Below, piece by piece: positions 27,256-39,485 of a DNA stretch of 64,000 nt (the first letter of the stretch is position 1; each line of letters begins with the position of its first letter). The translations under genes and the position numbers were made by a program. The notes beneath the pieces were generated by a model. That model searched no databases and was not told the origin of the DNA. It was given only the letters and a program-made list of their open reading frames with translations. Source of the DNA: Podarcis cretensis (lineage: Eukaryota); NCBI GenBank assembly GCA_951804945.1, contig OX638150.1:58032001-58096000 (forward strand), in the 5' to 3' direction.

Positions 27256-30200
27256 ATTGGATATGTCACCACTCTTTGTGCACATGCATGATTTTGTTCC
27301 CATGAAAATGGCTCAAAGAACTGTATGCCAGAATACCACCCCTTGGCACAGAAGAGGCTTGTGGGCAGAAGGGATAGTTAGAGTTGAAGCTTGTGGGAGC
27401 CGCTACATAACTCTGCTTTCCATGGGGGTAAGACAAGGTCAGTGGTGAAACTTTCCACTGAGTTTAGGGAAGTGATCACACATTTGTCTGAATTGTGGTC
27501 TCTCTTTTGAAAAATCTGCAAAAGGCTGGCCTGCTCTCCTTGCACAATAGACAAAGGCATCAGTGTGTCCTAAGGCCAGTGGAGAGATTGAAATTGACCT
27601 GAAATTTGGCCATGCTAATTTGTCTATAATTAACATAGCATGATGCAGCAGCTGGGTTTGGCAGAGTCTATCACTGTGTGTGCGTTCACACTAGCTGGAG
27701 CTAGTCAAAAATTACAAAGTAATTAACACTGCATAATAAGGCACATCCCTGGGTAAACACAGAGTGGACAGTTACAGTTCTGTTCCATTTTAGAATACCC
27801 AATTTGCATAATTTTGTCATGCACTCTTTGTTTGATTATGTTCATTGTGACACAGTTTCAATTTTTCATTGGGAAACCATCTCAGCTGTGGAAAATACAG
27901 ATTGGAATGGGCTTAGAGCTCACATTTCCTAGGTCATGATGATTACATTTGCGGGGGAGAATGAGGATGAATGTGTGTTCTAATAGAATCCCGCTGCATC
28001 ACCCAATTTGTGTGAAGATGTAAAACAAAGGTGGGAATTGCCAGCTGAGTGCACATTGCCACATGGCCTGTTGCCTCTTCTCCTCAGCCCCACCACTTCC
28101 CTCTTGGCCCCAAGGCATATTACTCACTGCCTTCTCCCCACTGCCCCACAATCTGCCTGCTGCCACCTTGAAGTTTCTCGACTTCCAAAGCTTTTCCCAT
28201 CTTTCATGACATATGAAAGGAAGTGCTTCTTCATTCAGCGCATTGTAAACACTGTGCAACTCGCTTCCACAAGAGGCAGTGATGGTCATTGTATTTATTT
28301 CAAGTCGCATGAAAGGACATGAATGCTCTGACTTTCCAGGTTGCTTGATCTACAACAGATGTTTTGCACATGCTTGCCGATCATCACTTGATGTTACCAG
28401 GAGCTGTGGAGTGATGCCATGTTGCAGCTTTCCTGACAGTGCTGTCACTGCTCCTTACCAGGGCAGGGTGGCAGTGAGGCTGGAGCGGTGTAGGTGCACC
28501 AGCAGGAATGCAGGAGTGCTGGTGCACTGCAACAGCCCCAAGCTTGCTGCCACCCCAGCTAGTGATAAAGCAGGATATCAAATCCAAACTCTTCTTCTTC
28601 TCATTCCTTGCAAGGCGAATGATGTCACTGTTCAGGGGGCCTCATTCTACCATGCCAGATGCTCCTAGATGGTAGAGTTCTCAAGTGATGAACATACATC
28701 ACTTGTGACTTCATCTGCAGTATGGTGAAAGCAATAGTGTAGACATTTCTCTCGGAATATGCAAGAACCTACTCCTCACCTATTTCATATTGCCTTTTGG
28801 CTAGTCGGTGCCCATGGTTGAGCTCTCCAGCTTGATCCTTCCATGGGACTCAAAAAGCCCTGGCATCTGGTTCCGGATACATCCCAGTTGTTTACCCAGA
28901 CCCACTGGACTGGGCAAACAGTGTCATCCACCTCTTGTCACAATATGCAACATGCAAATAAATTCCACATAGATAGCAGAAATACTGATGTTAACATACA
29001 GCTATGTATCCTAACTAAGCCTCTGAAATGCTTCAGTTTAATGCTGAAAAGCAAACCTCCTTTTCATGGCATATTTATTTGAACACATCTAGAGTCATTA
29101 GCAAACTTAACAAAGGGGCCCTGTGATTTTGCAACTGGGAGTATAGTTAACATTTTCTCCTACCACTTTTTCATCCTGTCCCTTCTAACAAGTCATTAAA
29201 TTTATTAAGCGACTCCTTCAGTGGACTCTTTTCACTTCTAAAAATGACCAGATCATCAGGATAGAACATATATCTAGGTTCAGTCCCTCTTTCCTTATCT
29301 CTCCTGACAAACCACTCTCCTTCACAGTTTTATCTCTATAATTGATGAACTACGTATGACATAATTTACAATCCTGTCAAGCCACCTTCAAAACCGCACG
29401 CCAGCTCTTGCCAGACAGACTTTCCTCTGAGCTCAGCTTGCTCAAAGCCCCAATTTTATCCCCATCAGCACTATTCTCACCCCACACACACCCCACACAC
29501 ATGCAAGGCAAACACAATCATTTTGGGAATCTCATTTCAAAAGAGAAAGAAAAATTAAATTTCTGTGCCATTCCTCCATCACCTGAAATATTAATAATCT
29601 GGGGCTAGCTGATTCTTTTCACTCAAAACACCTGGATATATCAGTTCACAGACTTCAATGTGAAAGTCCAGAACCAAGATGTGGCAGCTGTTTGAAGACT
29701 GGAAGAGTCAAACTTGGGGGACAGCGGGATTCTACAGCCATAAGAAATCTTTCTTTCCTGACACTGAGTTTACAGACAATCTCAAAGACTTAAGGGGAAT
29801 AGGAGTGGAGGAGACACAGAAGGGACAGCATTGAATGCACACAAATGGCCATAGTTATTGTCTGCGTCATCCCATCATAAAGACAGAAAATCAGTAGGTT
29901 GACCCTTTGCAGCCTAAGCCTAAGAGTGTAGTGAGAAAGCTAATAGGGTCGCACTTCCTGCTGGAGCAAAGCCAAAGGAAGAGGGGAAGCAGAAAGCTGC
30001 ATCACTGTGCTCTATTGAGACAGCCAGCAGCAGGTCTCAATATAGTTATTTACACATGCACCAGAGGCATATTTCCTATTTCACTGAGAAATGATGCTAA
30101 TACTTGATTTCTTCTTCTGCAAGTTTCAAAAAAAGGGATCTGGGCAAATTCTGTCATAATTCCAACATTATGTCTATTTCCTTGGGTCCTATTTTGGGCT

Positions 30201-32813
30201 TTTGGCATACTTTTATGGTTTGTTTGTGGACTCACTCTGAGTGTCTGAAGAGCCTTTATTTTTTGCACAAGCAGTATTCCTTGACCTGACTTAAACTGAA
30301 CTCTCAAAGGTTTTGTATGCCTTTCAATTTCATTCAGATCATTCCTATTAAGATTATTTTTCTCCTACTGTAGGCAATATCTTGGGATGAAGAGACAGAT
30401 ATTCTTTTAATTATTGCATATCTTGCAGCTTGGGAGAAGATTTTCAGCGGGACAGTACCATGACCTGCAGGCATGAAGCGAGTGCTACTGTTCTGTCTGT
30501 CAAAGCACAGAAAATCTACCCTGCCATGTCTCTGAGCCTTAAAAGACAAAAGCTTGTCAGCATGGGCTAAAAGGAAACATATCTCATAGGAGATGGCATG
30601 GTTCTATTTTGATTAAACGCAGGGATGGGTGGGCAGAAACCTCTATATATGTTTCAAAGAGCATCTAATTGTCAAAAATGTCATTTTGCAGCATCCTATA
30701 GTCTCATCTTCTCTGTGCTTCTCCCTATATCCAATGCCATTAAAATGAGCAAAGAAAAGCCGGAATATAATTGCCTTTTTTAACATTTGAACTTCCTTGC
30801 CTATTGCTTTTGAAGTCAGCAGGTCCATGAACACTGCTAAAAATAGGATGTCCAAAAGAACCCAAAAAACAATTATATAGGCATGGTATTGAACATTTAC
30901 TGTTCTTGAGTAAATTGGACATTGCTTATAACTTTAATAGGATTGTGTTAAATGCATGAAAAGTGTACCACTTTGCCAGCTACTAAGTCCACATAAAGAC
31001 ATGACTTGAAAACATAACTGGACTGCCAATATACTAAATGACAAGCTATATGAGACTAAACAAAAAGGATCAGAAAGGGCTGGGTGAAGTCCTTCACAGT
31101 TTTGTAGCAGGCATTGCTTCCTCTGATAGTTATATTTGCATCCAGCATGAACACAGCTCTTATTAGAGGTAGCTTATGGAGGAAGTATGCCTGTTCTGCA
31201 TGGAACTGGGTCCTGTAGAGATTTCCCCAGCCTTGTTCCTGAGAGGTTCTGAGCTGGGCTTAGTAGTCTCTTTCAAGTGAACTGAGAAGTCTTTTGTTGA
31301 GGACTTTGTGTCTGCGTCTATGCTGAAGTTCAAATGGCTCTAAAAGGAAGGCACTCTCTGGCCTTAGTGCATACACTGTGATGATGGTGATGATGGCTTG
31401 TCTTCTGGTCCATTAGTTGTCAAAAAGATGCAGAGATGAGGTGCATGGAGGGCAGGATTCACGCCTATCAAAGAACACAATTCACAGGCATCATTGATGC
31501 CTAGATGATTGGGAATCAACCTTGTCTTTGGCAGGTTTTTCCCTGTGCCTGCACTCCAGAAAGTAATACCCTTTCCCTTGGTATCCCCCATCTCTTCTTC
31601 AGCTACAGAGCTTCCATGTCCTGACAAGGCTGAGCCCACAAAGGAGTTTGGAGGAAGCAGGGCTGGGAAAAGCTACTAGAACAGGAAATTGACAGCCAAG
31701 GACTATTTATCTTCTCAAAGGTGAGGACAATAATTAAAGGTCAGAGGCAGGTCCTCCAGGATCCTGGTCAGATCCCAGGGAGCAGACAGCTTGTTATAGC
31801 CCCCTTGCTGGGCATTTGAGAGCCTTCAACATGGTCCTCTGACTTGGAGCCAGCCACCTCATTACCTCTTCATTATCTGTTGCTGGGTATGCTGGCTGCC
31901 TGCCATGGTTAATGGTCTTTGTGCAAGGCCCTTGGAGATAATGAAGTTTGGGTAGTTTGCTCAGGGGCTGAAGTCAGCAGGGGTTTCAGCTCAGGAGGCC
32001 CTTCATTTATGGATCTGGGACCTTACTGTCTTACTGCCTTTGTGCTTTGCACAACTGCCACCCCATCCCCACCTTTCAGCTGGCCCCTTTCCCTACGATT
32101 TAGTGTTCAAGTCACTGCTGGTAAACTAAGATGACACCAAAGAAAAGATAACTTGGTTATGTTACCTCCTGGACACCTTGTGGCACCCATCTCTGCCACT
32201 CCAGATTCAGGGTTCTGACTAATATGACACCATGGACCAGATTTTAACAATATTTTTCATGTAAATCCTGTAACCTGTAATCATCTGTGTCTCTCTCTCT
32301 CGGGAAAGACATCCTGTGCACTTTGCAATATAAGCCAAAATAAGCACCTTGAGACACAAGTCAGTAATAGTTTTACTCGCTTAAAGAATCATTGCCTTGT
32401 TTTCTCTTATGTTCAAGTGGAGTCTTCAGAGCAGAGTTCAGATTTAATTTGTGCTGTTCCCAGTCCCGTATGGTGTTGTTCCTGGTGTGTAAAATTGCAC
32501 TTTAGTGTGACCCAATCAACACTGCTGTCAATAAGAAGGCAGCAACTGATGAACACTCAATGAATCACTAAAGGAAAGCATTTATTCATTTCAATATATT
32601 GTTTGTTGCATTTATTGAGGAGGCAAGTATGACAATCCCTATGCAGCTTAAGAACATTAATCTCATTTTTTGTCAGAGACATTTAAGTTTGAATGCTTTT
32701 GCACTCCAGATTCTAAGGTCTAGGATTAAAATTCTCAAAAGAAGAGGAAGGAAATATACTCTTTCAAGTTGAGCCAGTGAAAAATCTAACCTGTTCCACT
32801 CATTTATCTGATG

Positions 32814-32949
32814 CAGGCATAGGCAAACTCGGTCCTCCAGATGTTTTGGGACTACAACTCCCATCATCCCTAGCTAACAGGACCAGTGGTCAGGGATGAT
32901 GGGAATTGTAGTCTCAAAACATCTGGACGGCCAAGTTTGCCTATGGCTG
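32814..32949. mobile_element. Palindromic hAT MITE
   Basis: CAGGCATAGGCAAAC...GTTTGCCTATGGCTG; perfect 8-bp TSD ATCTGATG (32806-32813, 32950-32957). Confidence 0.92.
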
Positions 32950-33639
32950 ATCTGATGTATGATAAATATTGCAAAATTCAGCTAATTATGGGGAAAGGGG
33001 CATTCTCCTAGTGTCCTCTTTGGTTGAATATCAAACATTCTCCATGACTGCTTCATAAATCATGAAATCATTTATTGCAAACTTCCCATATCATGGCCAA
33101 ATAGCGACATATGTGCTCGAGTTATGTTTAATCATTTTTTCTTCCCCTTTAGACTGATTGGAATCCTAGATTTTTAAAACCCTTGGCCAGATGACTGCAT
33201 CTGTATAGGGGGGGGGGAATGAGTTTGCAACAAGTTGTGCTTGCAAGGAACAGTAGGTAGTATGTACAGTTGCTTCCTCAGGAACTGTGAGGTGGGTCGC
33301 AAAACTGAAGGGACACCTGGCCTTCAGAAGACTCACTCTTGGACTCATGGGTTAATACACACCAGGAAAGAAGGCCGTAGTTTGCATGTGTTAACAATTT
33401 TTAAAGTATTTTACAACAAATATATACAAATATGTATGCATGCACATAAGCTACAAAACAAATGAGTTAGCCTTAAATTTATGAATGACTGGTATTTTGG
33501 AAATTAGCCCTTTTCACACATTATGATCCATCATGTACTCACTGAATGCCTGAACAGAGCCTCCTGGGACCCTAGCATATGAAGACTCTGTTCAGGTGTT
33601 CACTGAATGTGCAGACACCAGAAGTTTGTTTGTTTCAGT

Positions 33640-33640
33640 T

Positions 33641-33675
<35 letters not shown>

Positions 33676-33820
33676 CTGCTTTTTTTCTTTAAAAAAAATG
33701 TTTAGGGGTGCTCTCATTTTCCTACTCACATTGCAATACTGCCCTCAATGAGGCCAAACTTAGATTCACAAAATGTTCAGGGGTATGCGTAACTCTGTGT
33801 ACCCCCACAAAAAAGCACTG
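33640..33820. mobile_element. (GATA)n microsatellite followed by a hAT-type MITE
   Basis: (AGAT)n at about 33641-33675, then TGCTTTTTT...AAAAAAGCACTG termini. Confidence 0.65.
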
Positions 33821-34514
33821 GATATAGATATATTTAATTTCTATACTGCCCTTCATCTGAGGATCACAAGGCAGTTTACGACATAAAAACACAAAAATAC
33901 ATCACACAGAAACAGACAAAAACAATAACTCCCCCCACAGTATTTATTTGTTTCACATATATTGCCTAATCACGAAATTTTCTAAGCAACGTACATAAAA
34001 AATAATGGAATAAAATCAACTGTAACAAGTGATCAGAAACAGGAAACGTCCTAAAAATGCTTGCTGTAAGAGAAGGAATAGAAGGTCAAGCACCTGAACT
34101 TCAATGGGGGGGGGTGCCTGCCTGATGTTACCCAGGAGGGAGTTCCACAGAATCAGGCTTGCAATAGTGAATGCATGGCTTCTGGTAGATGGGAACCCTG
34201 CATTTGAGCCATGGCGGGACCATTAACAGAGTTTCCCCATAAGATCTCAATGATGGGCAGGGATCTAAGGTATCAGACTGTCTTTAAGCTATCCTGGACC
34301 CAAGTTGTTAAATACTTTCTATATTAGCACCCAAACCTTGAACTTGGCCCAGTAACATATGGGCAGCCAGTGCAAGCTTTTAAGAACTGGCTTAAATCCT
34401 GACTTTCATAGTAATGCAAGTTATTGTGTGCTAGAAGAAAGCAGGCAACCCCATAGACCAAGATGAATGGATTTGCGCTATCTATGGCTGTGACATAAAG
34501 ACTAAAAGATATCC

Positions 34515-34945
34515 AAGTTGGGTGGACATGCTAGTCTGTTACAACAAACACAAAAAAAGTCTTGTGACACCTTAAAGACTTGCACATTTATTATAGCATA
34601 AACTTTCATGGGTTAGAGTACAATTTATCAGATGCATGAAGCATTCTTCTCTGACTGAGAATCTCATTTGGCAGGCAGATATATACATGGGTATAAAAAG
34701 GGGGGGGGTCCAGTGGGACCAAAAGGCCATGAAATACAAGATGTACAGTCTGTGACATTTCTATGGCAAGATCAAATGTACACAAGATAAACACTTGGCA
34801 GTGACACTCTCTTCCTAGGTTTGCTATGCTAGCAAGCACATGAAGTGATGGAGAAAACGCCGGCCTTGCTTGAGACCTAAACAAACTGAATCAAACCTGC
34901 AGATAAATTCCAGCTCAGAAATTTCATAACGTTTTTGAAGATCAG
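34515..34945 (-). mobile_element. Penelope-like element 3' remnant (GIY-YIG C-terminus plus pseudo-LTR)
   Basis: Minus-strand peptide LQKRYEISELEFICRFDSVCLGL resembles the C-terminus of reptile Penelope endonucleases; it is followed by a degenerate CACCTTAAAGACT pseudo-LTR segment related to 44827. Confidence 0.65.
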
Positions 34946-36198
34946 GGATAAAAAGGAGGCAAATCAATGGAAGATGCAACCAATGAAACGAGATTAAACA
35001 GCTTAACATGTGATGCTGCATTTGTGTGGATAATATAAAGAAAATAAAACTGTAAGAGGAAGGACTTGCATACCATATGAAGGACAGAGACAAGGATAAG
35101 CTCCGAAGGATTAAAGCCAATTAGTAGGCTAATAAAGAAACAGTCACTTAAAAACTATTATGAGATTATAAGGAGTAAGTGAGATATAGAAACTGCTTGA
35201 GAGGCTATAAAACAACTGAATTCAAATAAGACTGCAAATCAGAGAGTGTTTGGTTGACATACGTGCCATTTAAATCCATGGGTTTTACAGTGCAGGTCTA
35301 TGCCTGTTTACTCAGAGGTAAGGCTAATTGAGTTAAATGGGTAAGAGTGCATAGTGTTAAGCTTTTTACAGAGCAATCCTTCCCACCTGAGGTTGTAGAA
35401 ATCCATGGTGGACCCACTGCCATATTCAGAGCCCTGAGAGCTCACCATAAGTAGGGCAGGAGGCAGTGTTTTCCTTTCTACTCCAGTGTTGGAGGCAGTA
35501 TGCCCCAAAATACCAGTTGCTGGGATTCTCAAGTGGACAGAGTGTTCCTCTACTCATATCCTGCTTTTGGGCTTCCCAAAGGCATCTGGTTGGCCACTGT
35601 GAGGACAGGAAGCTAGACTAGATGAACCATTGGCCTGATGCAACATAGCTTTTTGTATGTTCTTAGGAAACAATGTACACAATGTATACATTGCACATGG
35701 GATTATAGGTGGTACTCAGTACCTTCAAGCCCAGTAATCCATGTACTTCTCATTTTCTCCTTCAAGGAGAACAAAGTTAAACACAAGGCTTTCTACCAAA
35801 TTGGCCATATATTTATTTTGGCAGGGTTTGAGAATTTTATGTTTCCTATCGTTTGAATAGCAATATAAGAGAAAAGAAATTCTTGGAGATGTACTTACTA
35901 AAGTTATCACAAAGCTCCAGGATCAAGTCAAATCAAACCAAGACTGGGGTTAGCCGAAAAATGATCCTTAGAGAACAAGCTTGAATCTCTGGTTGTTCAA
36001 ATTGCAATACGTAATTGTAAAAAATTGGTTCCCCCCACCCACTTTTGGCTAGTGTATTTTCAGAATAATATCCTATTATAAAACATCCCCTGTTGTGACC
36101 CTTGGAAGCTGTCTCATACCTGGTCAGACTTCCCATCTCAGGCGGAGATCTTTCTGATCATCTCCTACCTGATCATTTGTACTGGTGATGCTATAGAT

Positions 36199-36514
36199 CA
36201 GCGGTTCTCAACAGTGGCGTAGCGTGGGTTGTCAGCACCCGGGGCAAGACAAGTAATTTGCGCCCCCTAACCCGTGGATTTGCGCCCCCTAACCCGTGGA
36301 TTTGCGCCCCCTAACCCTAACCCCCAGATGTTGTGCCCGGTGCGGCCGGGCCCCCCCTGCACCCCCCACGCTACGCCACTGGTTCTCAACCTGTGGATCC
36401 CCAGACGTTGTTGGACTACAACTCCCATCATCCCTAGCTAGCAAGGCCAGAGCTTAGGGATGATGGGAGTTGTAGTCCAACAACATCTGGGGACCCACAG
36501 ATTGAGAACCGCTG
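36199..36514. mobile_element. Palindromic hAT MITE (host of a nested element)
   Basis: CAGCGGTTCTCAA...TTGAGAACCGCTG; 8-bp TSD CTATAGAT (36191-36198, 36515-36522). Confidence 0.92.
36212..36381. mobile_element. GC-rich hAT-type MITE nested in the TIR of another MITE
   Basis: TIR CAGTGGCGTAGCGTGGG...CCCACGCTACGCCACTG; 8-bp TSD GTTCTCAA (36204-36211, 36382-36389). Confidence 0.92.
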
Positions 36515-36717
36515 CTATAGATTAAAGCTGAATTTCCTGTCTGCAAGTGCCCTGCCATTGAACTAATGCTTAATAAGGTATGCAGTAATCAGGCGGTTAA
36601 CCCAATGGAGGGACTCATTAGGTATAGAAACCCTCAGCAATGATTCTTAAGTGTAAGTGTACAAACTTAACACCTCACATGAAAAGGAGCCCAAAACTCC
36701 TATCACACCTGCTAGAC

Positions 36718-36853
36718 CAGTGTTTCCCAACCTTGTGCCTCCAGCTGTTTTTGAACTACAACTCCCTTCATCCCTGACTAGCAAGACCAGTGGCAAGGGA
36801 TGATGGGAATTGTAGTCCAAAAACAGCTGGAGGCACAAGGTTGGGAAACACTG
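36718..36853. mobile_element. Palindromic hAT MITE
   Basis: CAGTGTTTCCCAACCTTGTGCCTCCAGCTG arms; 8-bp TSD TGCTAGAC (36710-36717, 36854-36861). Confidence 0.93.
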
Positions 36854-38944
36854 TGCTAGACAACTCTCTTGGGGGACGCTATCCATTAACTCCTAGTGCT
36901 GAATTTCTTTCTCCAGCAGGGGAGCTCCTCTCTCAGCTTTCCTAGTTCTCAATCTGCCTTTACTTGTGCCATGATTCACCACATTCTAATGTCTGAGATC
37001 ATGTGTACTTACTCCAAGTTCTGTTCAGGAAAGCTCCCCCAAGCTCTCACTGTCAATCTTAGAACACACTGTCCTGCAAAACTCATTATCCTGGGCTACA
37101 GGTTACTTCATAACCTTGCTCTCTAAAGCTTTCTCTTTCTTGCTTTCTGCTTCATATACTCTTTTGATCATGTGACCCAGCCTTCTAAAAGTTTTTTTTG
37201 GGGGGGGTCATATTTTACCTTCCATGTTCACCCTGTCCCTCAAAATTCACTCCTACTTGGACCTTGATCCTGCTGTCTTGGCTACATTTTCCAGCAGTCC
37301 CCATCATCTGCTTGACCTTGTGGATAAATTGCCATCTCAGTGTGACCCTCTGTTTCTGATAGACTACTTAGAACACCGAGTATACCCAAGGTACCACTAA
37401 TAGCACGCTCCAAAACATCTGCTCCCCATCATGATTTGCTAGATTCAGTGACCTGATTCTGAAGATACAGTTGATGGGTCAGTTGCTGACAAAAGTTGAT
37501 TCATATGATGCCAAAGAAACTTCCAAGTTCTTTCAAAAACCCTCCAGTAGTCTTGGGTTGGTAAGTATAAGACTTGGGTGGCATTCCTGGCAAGCAATAC
37601 TATTCGTGGCACAAGAATCATAAGCTGTGGTTTATGTTTATTTTACTTCTTGCCTATTCAGAGTAAAATCAGATAAATATTTTATCATGAACATCATATA
37701 GTAGTGGACACCAGATTTCTATAATTAGAAATAAGCTTCGGAATAGATTAAGAGGCAAATTGCTTCTCACTCTGCTTCTCAGTATCTTTTGCAATACAAC
37801 ATCAGTTTTATTGGTATGGTGAAATCCTATTTCTTCATTACAACTTATATTGCTTTCATATCAATTTTATAGCTTCCTGCAAAGAATCCTAGGAAATATA
37901 GTTTGGTAAAGTGTTGCAGATACCCAATTAAGGATACTATATTCCTAGGGCAACCCTGGAAAAGAATAGTGGTGTGTGAGTTTGTGTGTCCTACTGTAGA
38001 ATAGAGGAATAGTAAATATCTGTGATTAGTCTCTCTCCCTGTCATTAAAAGCCAGAAAAGGCAGCAGAACTAAATCCAAGTAGCTTCATAATTCTATTTG
38101 CTAAAATATCAAATCCCACCAAAAAAGATTAGCTAGTTAAATAGAATAGCCTCTTCCCCAGAATATTCATTGTTCCTTGAGATCACAGACACATACACGC
38201 TTCAGAACCATAGCCCATCTCTGTAGACAGTATTGCGCTAGAGTAGGCAATAGCCTGATTCAGTTTAAGCAGCTTCCTGTGTTCCTCTTTGCACACATGG
38301 TGGGGACCTGGCAGCTGGGGAAGAAGCAGCATATAAAAACCAAGGTATGGAAGAGAGCTATCTATGGAAATTCCAGGGAAATATACACATTATAGAAAAA
38401 AGTTTTTTGTGAGGATCATTTGTTTTAGTTATTTATTCCCCCCCCCTCTGTCTTCCCTTCTTTCACTCACCCCATTTAGACTTTCCTGTTTGTTTGTTTG
38501 TTTGTTTGTTTGTTTATCTCTTGCTTTGTTGTGTCCATCAAGGTACGAAAGGTGACAGAAGGGGTAAAAGATAGCAAAAATAATAATCCCTATTTGGTGT
38601 TTGGAAGGAACTTGTACAGAAGGTTTAAAATTGCAATCACTATCACGCTCATTTCAGTCTCCTAAACAGGACAGCATCCAACAAAATAGTTGTGCTAGCA
38701 CAATGTCGTTTAGATGTGCATTGTAACTTCCTTGCCCTCTCCTCTTCCTGGGCACCCCCATGCCACCTGAATCTTTTCCAGTGGGTTTGGAGAGCTCCAG
38801 GCATGGATTTAGAGGAGGAATGGAAGGACACAGAGAGAGGAAAGACCTTGCATAGCGGAAAGCCATTGCACTGACACAACTATTTAGTTGAACGCAATCC
38901 AATAGCCTTGTTTAAATGTTCAACAACATAGAGTCATAGAGTTG

Positions 38945-39356
38945 TGCATTTCTGAGCACAATTCAAAGTGTTGGTGCTGACCTTTAAAGCCCTAAACAGC
39001 CTCGGCCCAGTATACCTGAAGGAGCGTTTCCACCCCCATCGTTCAGCCGAGACACTGAGGTCCAGTGCCAAGGGCCTTCTGGCGGTTCCCTCCCTACAAG
39101 AAGTGAGGTTACAGGGAACCAGGAAGAGGGCCTTCTCAGTAGTGGCACCCACCCTGTGAAACGCCCTCCCATCAGATGTCAAGGAAATAAGCAACTATCT
39201 GACTTTTAGGAGACATCTGAAGGCAGCCCTGTTTAGGGAAGCTTTTAATGTTTGATGTTTTAGCGTGTATTTAATATTCTGTTGGGAGCCTCTCAGAGTG
39301 CCTGGGGAAACCCAGCCAGATGGGTGGGGTATAAATAATAAATTATTATTATTATT
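38945..39356 (+). mobile_element. L2 LINE 3' end
   Basis: Peptide FKVLVLTFKALNSLGPVYLKER...RAFSVVAPTL*NALP typical of the L2 ORF2 end, then a 3' UTR and (ATT)n tail. Confidence 0.9.
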
Positions 39357-39485
39357 GTAGAGTTGGAAGGGGTCCTGAGGATCATTTAATCCAACCCCCT
39401 GCAATGTAGTAATATGCAGTTCCCCCATACTGGGATCAAACCTGTAACCTCTTCATTATCAATTGCTCTAACCAACTGAGCTAGC
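39357..39485 (-). mobile_element. tRNA-derived SINE with CR1-like tail
   Basis: Minus strand TAGCTCAGTTGGTTAGAGC head and CCCTTCCAACTCTACA 3' part; the remaining tail CATAGAGTCATAGA is at about 38927-38940. Confidence 0.75.

Noticed and set aside
34824-35120. Minus-strand ORF as a host exon
   Set aside because: The protein-like part resembles a Penelope GIY-YIG C-terminus and adjoins a Penelope pseudo-LTR remnant.
36256-36325. CRISPR-like repeats (also 23938-24020 and 857-956)
   Set aside because: Head-to-tail tandem units without unique spacers, no cas genes, eukaryotic context.
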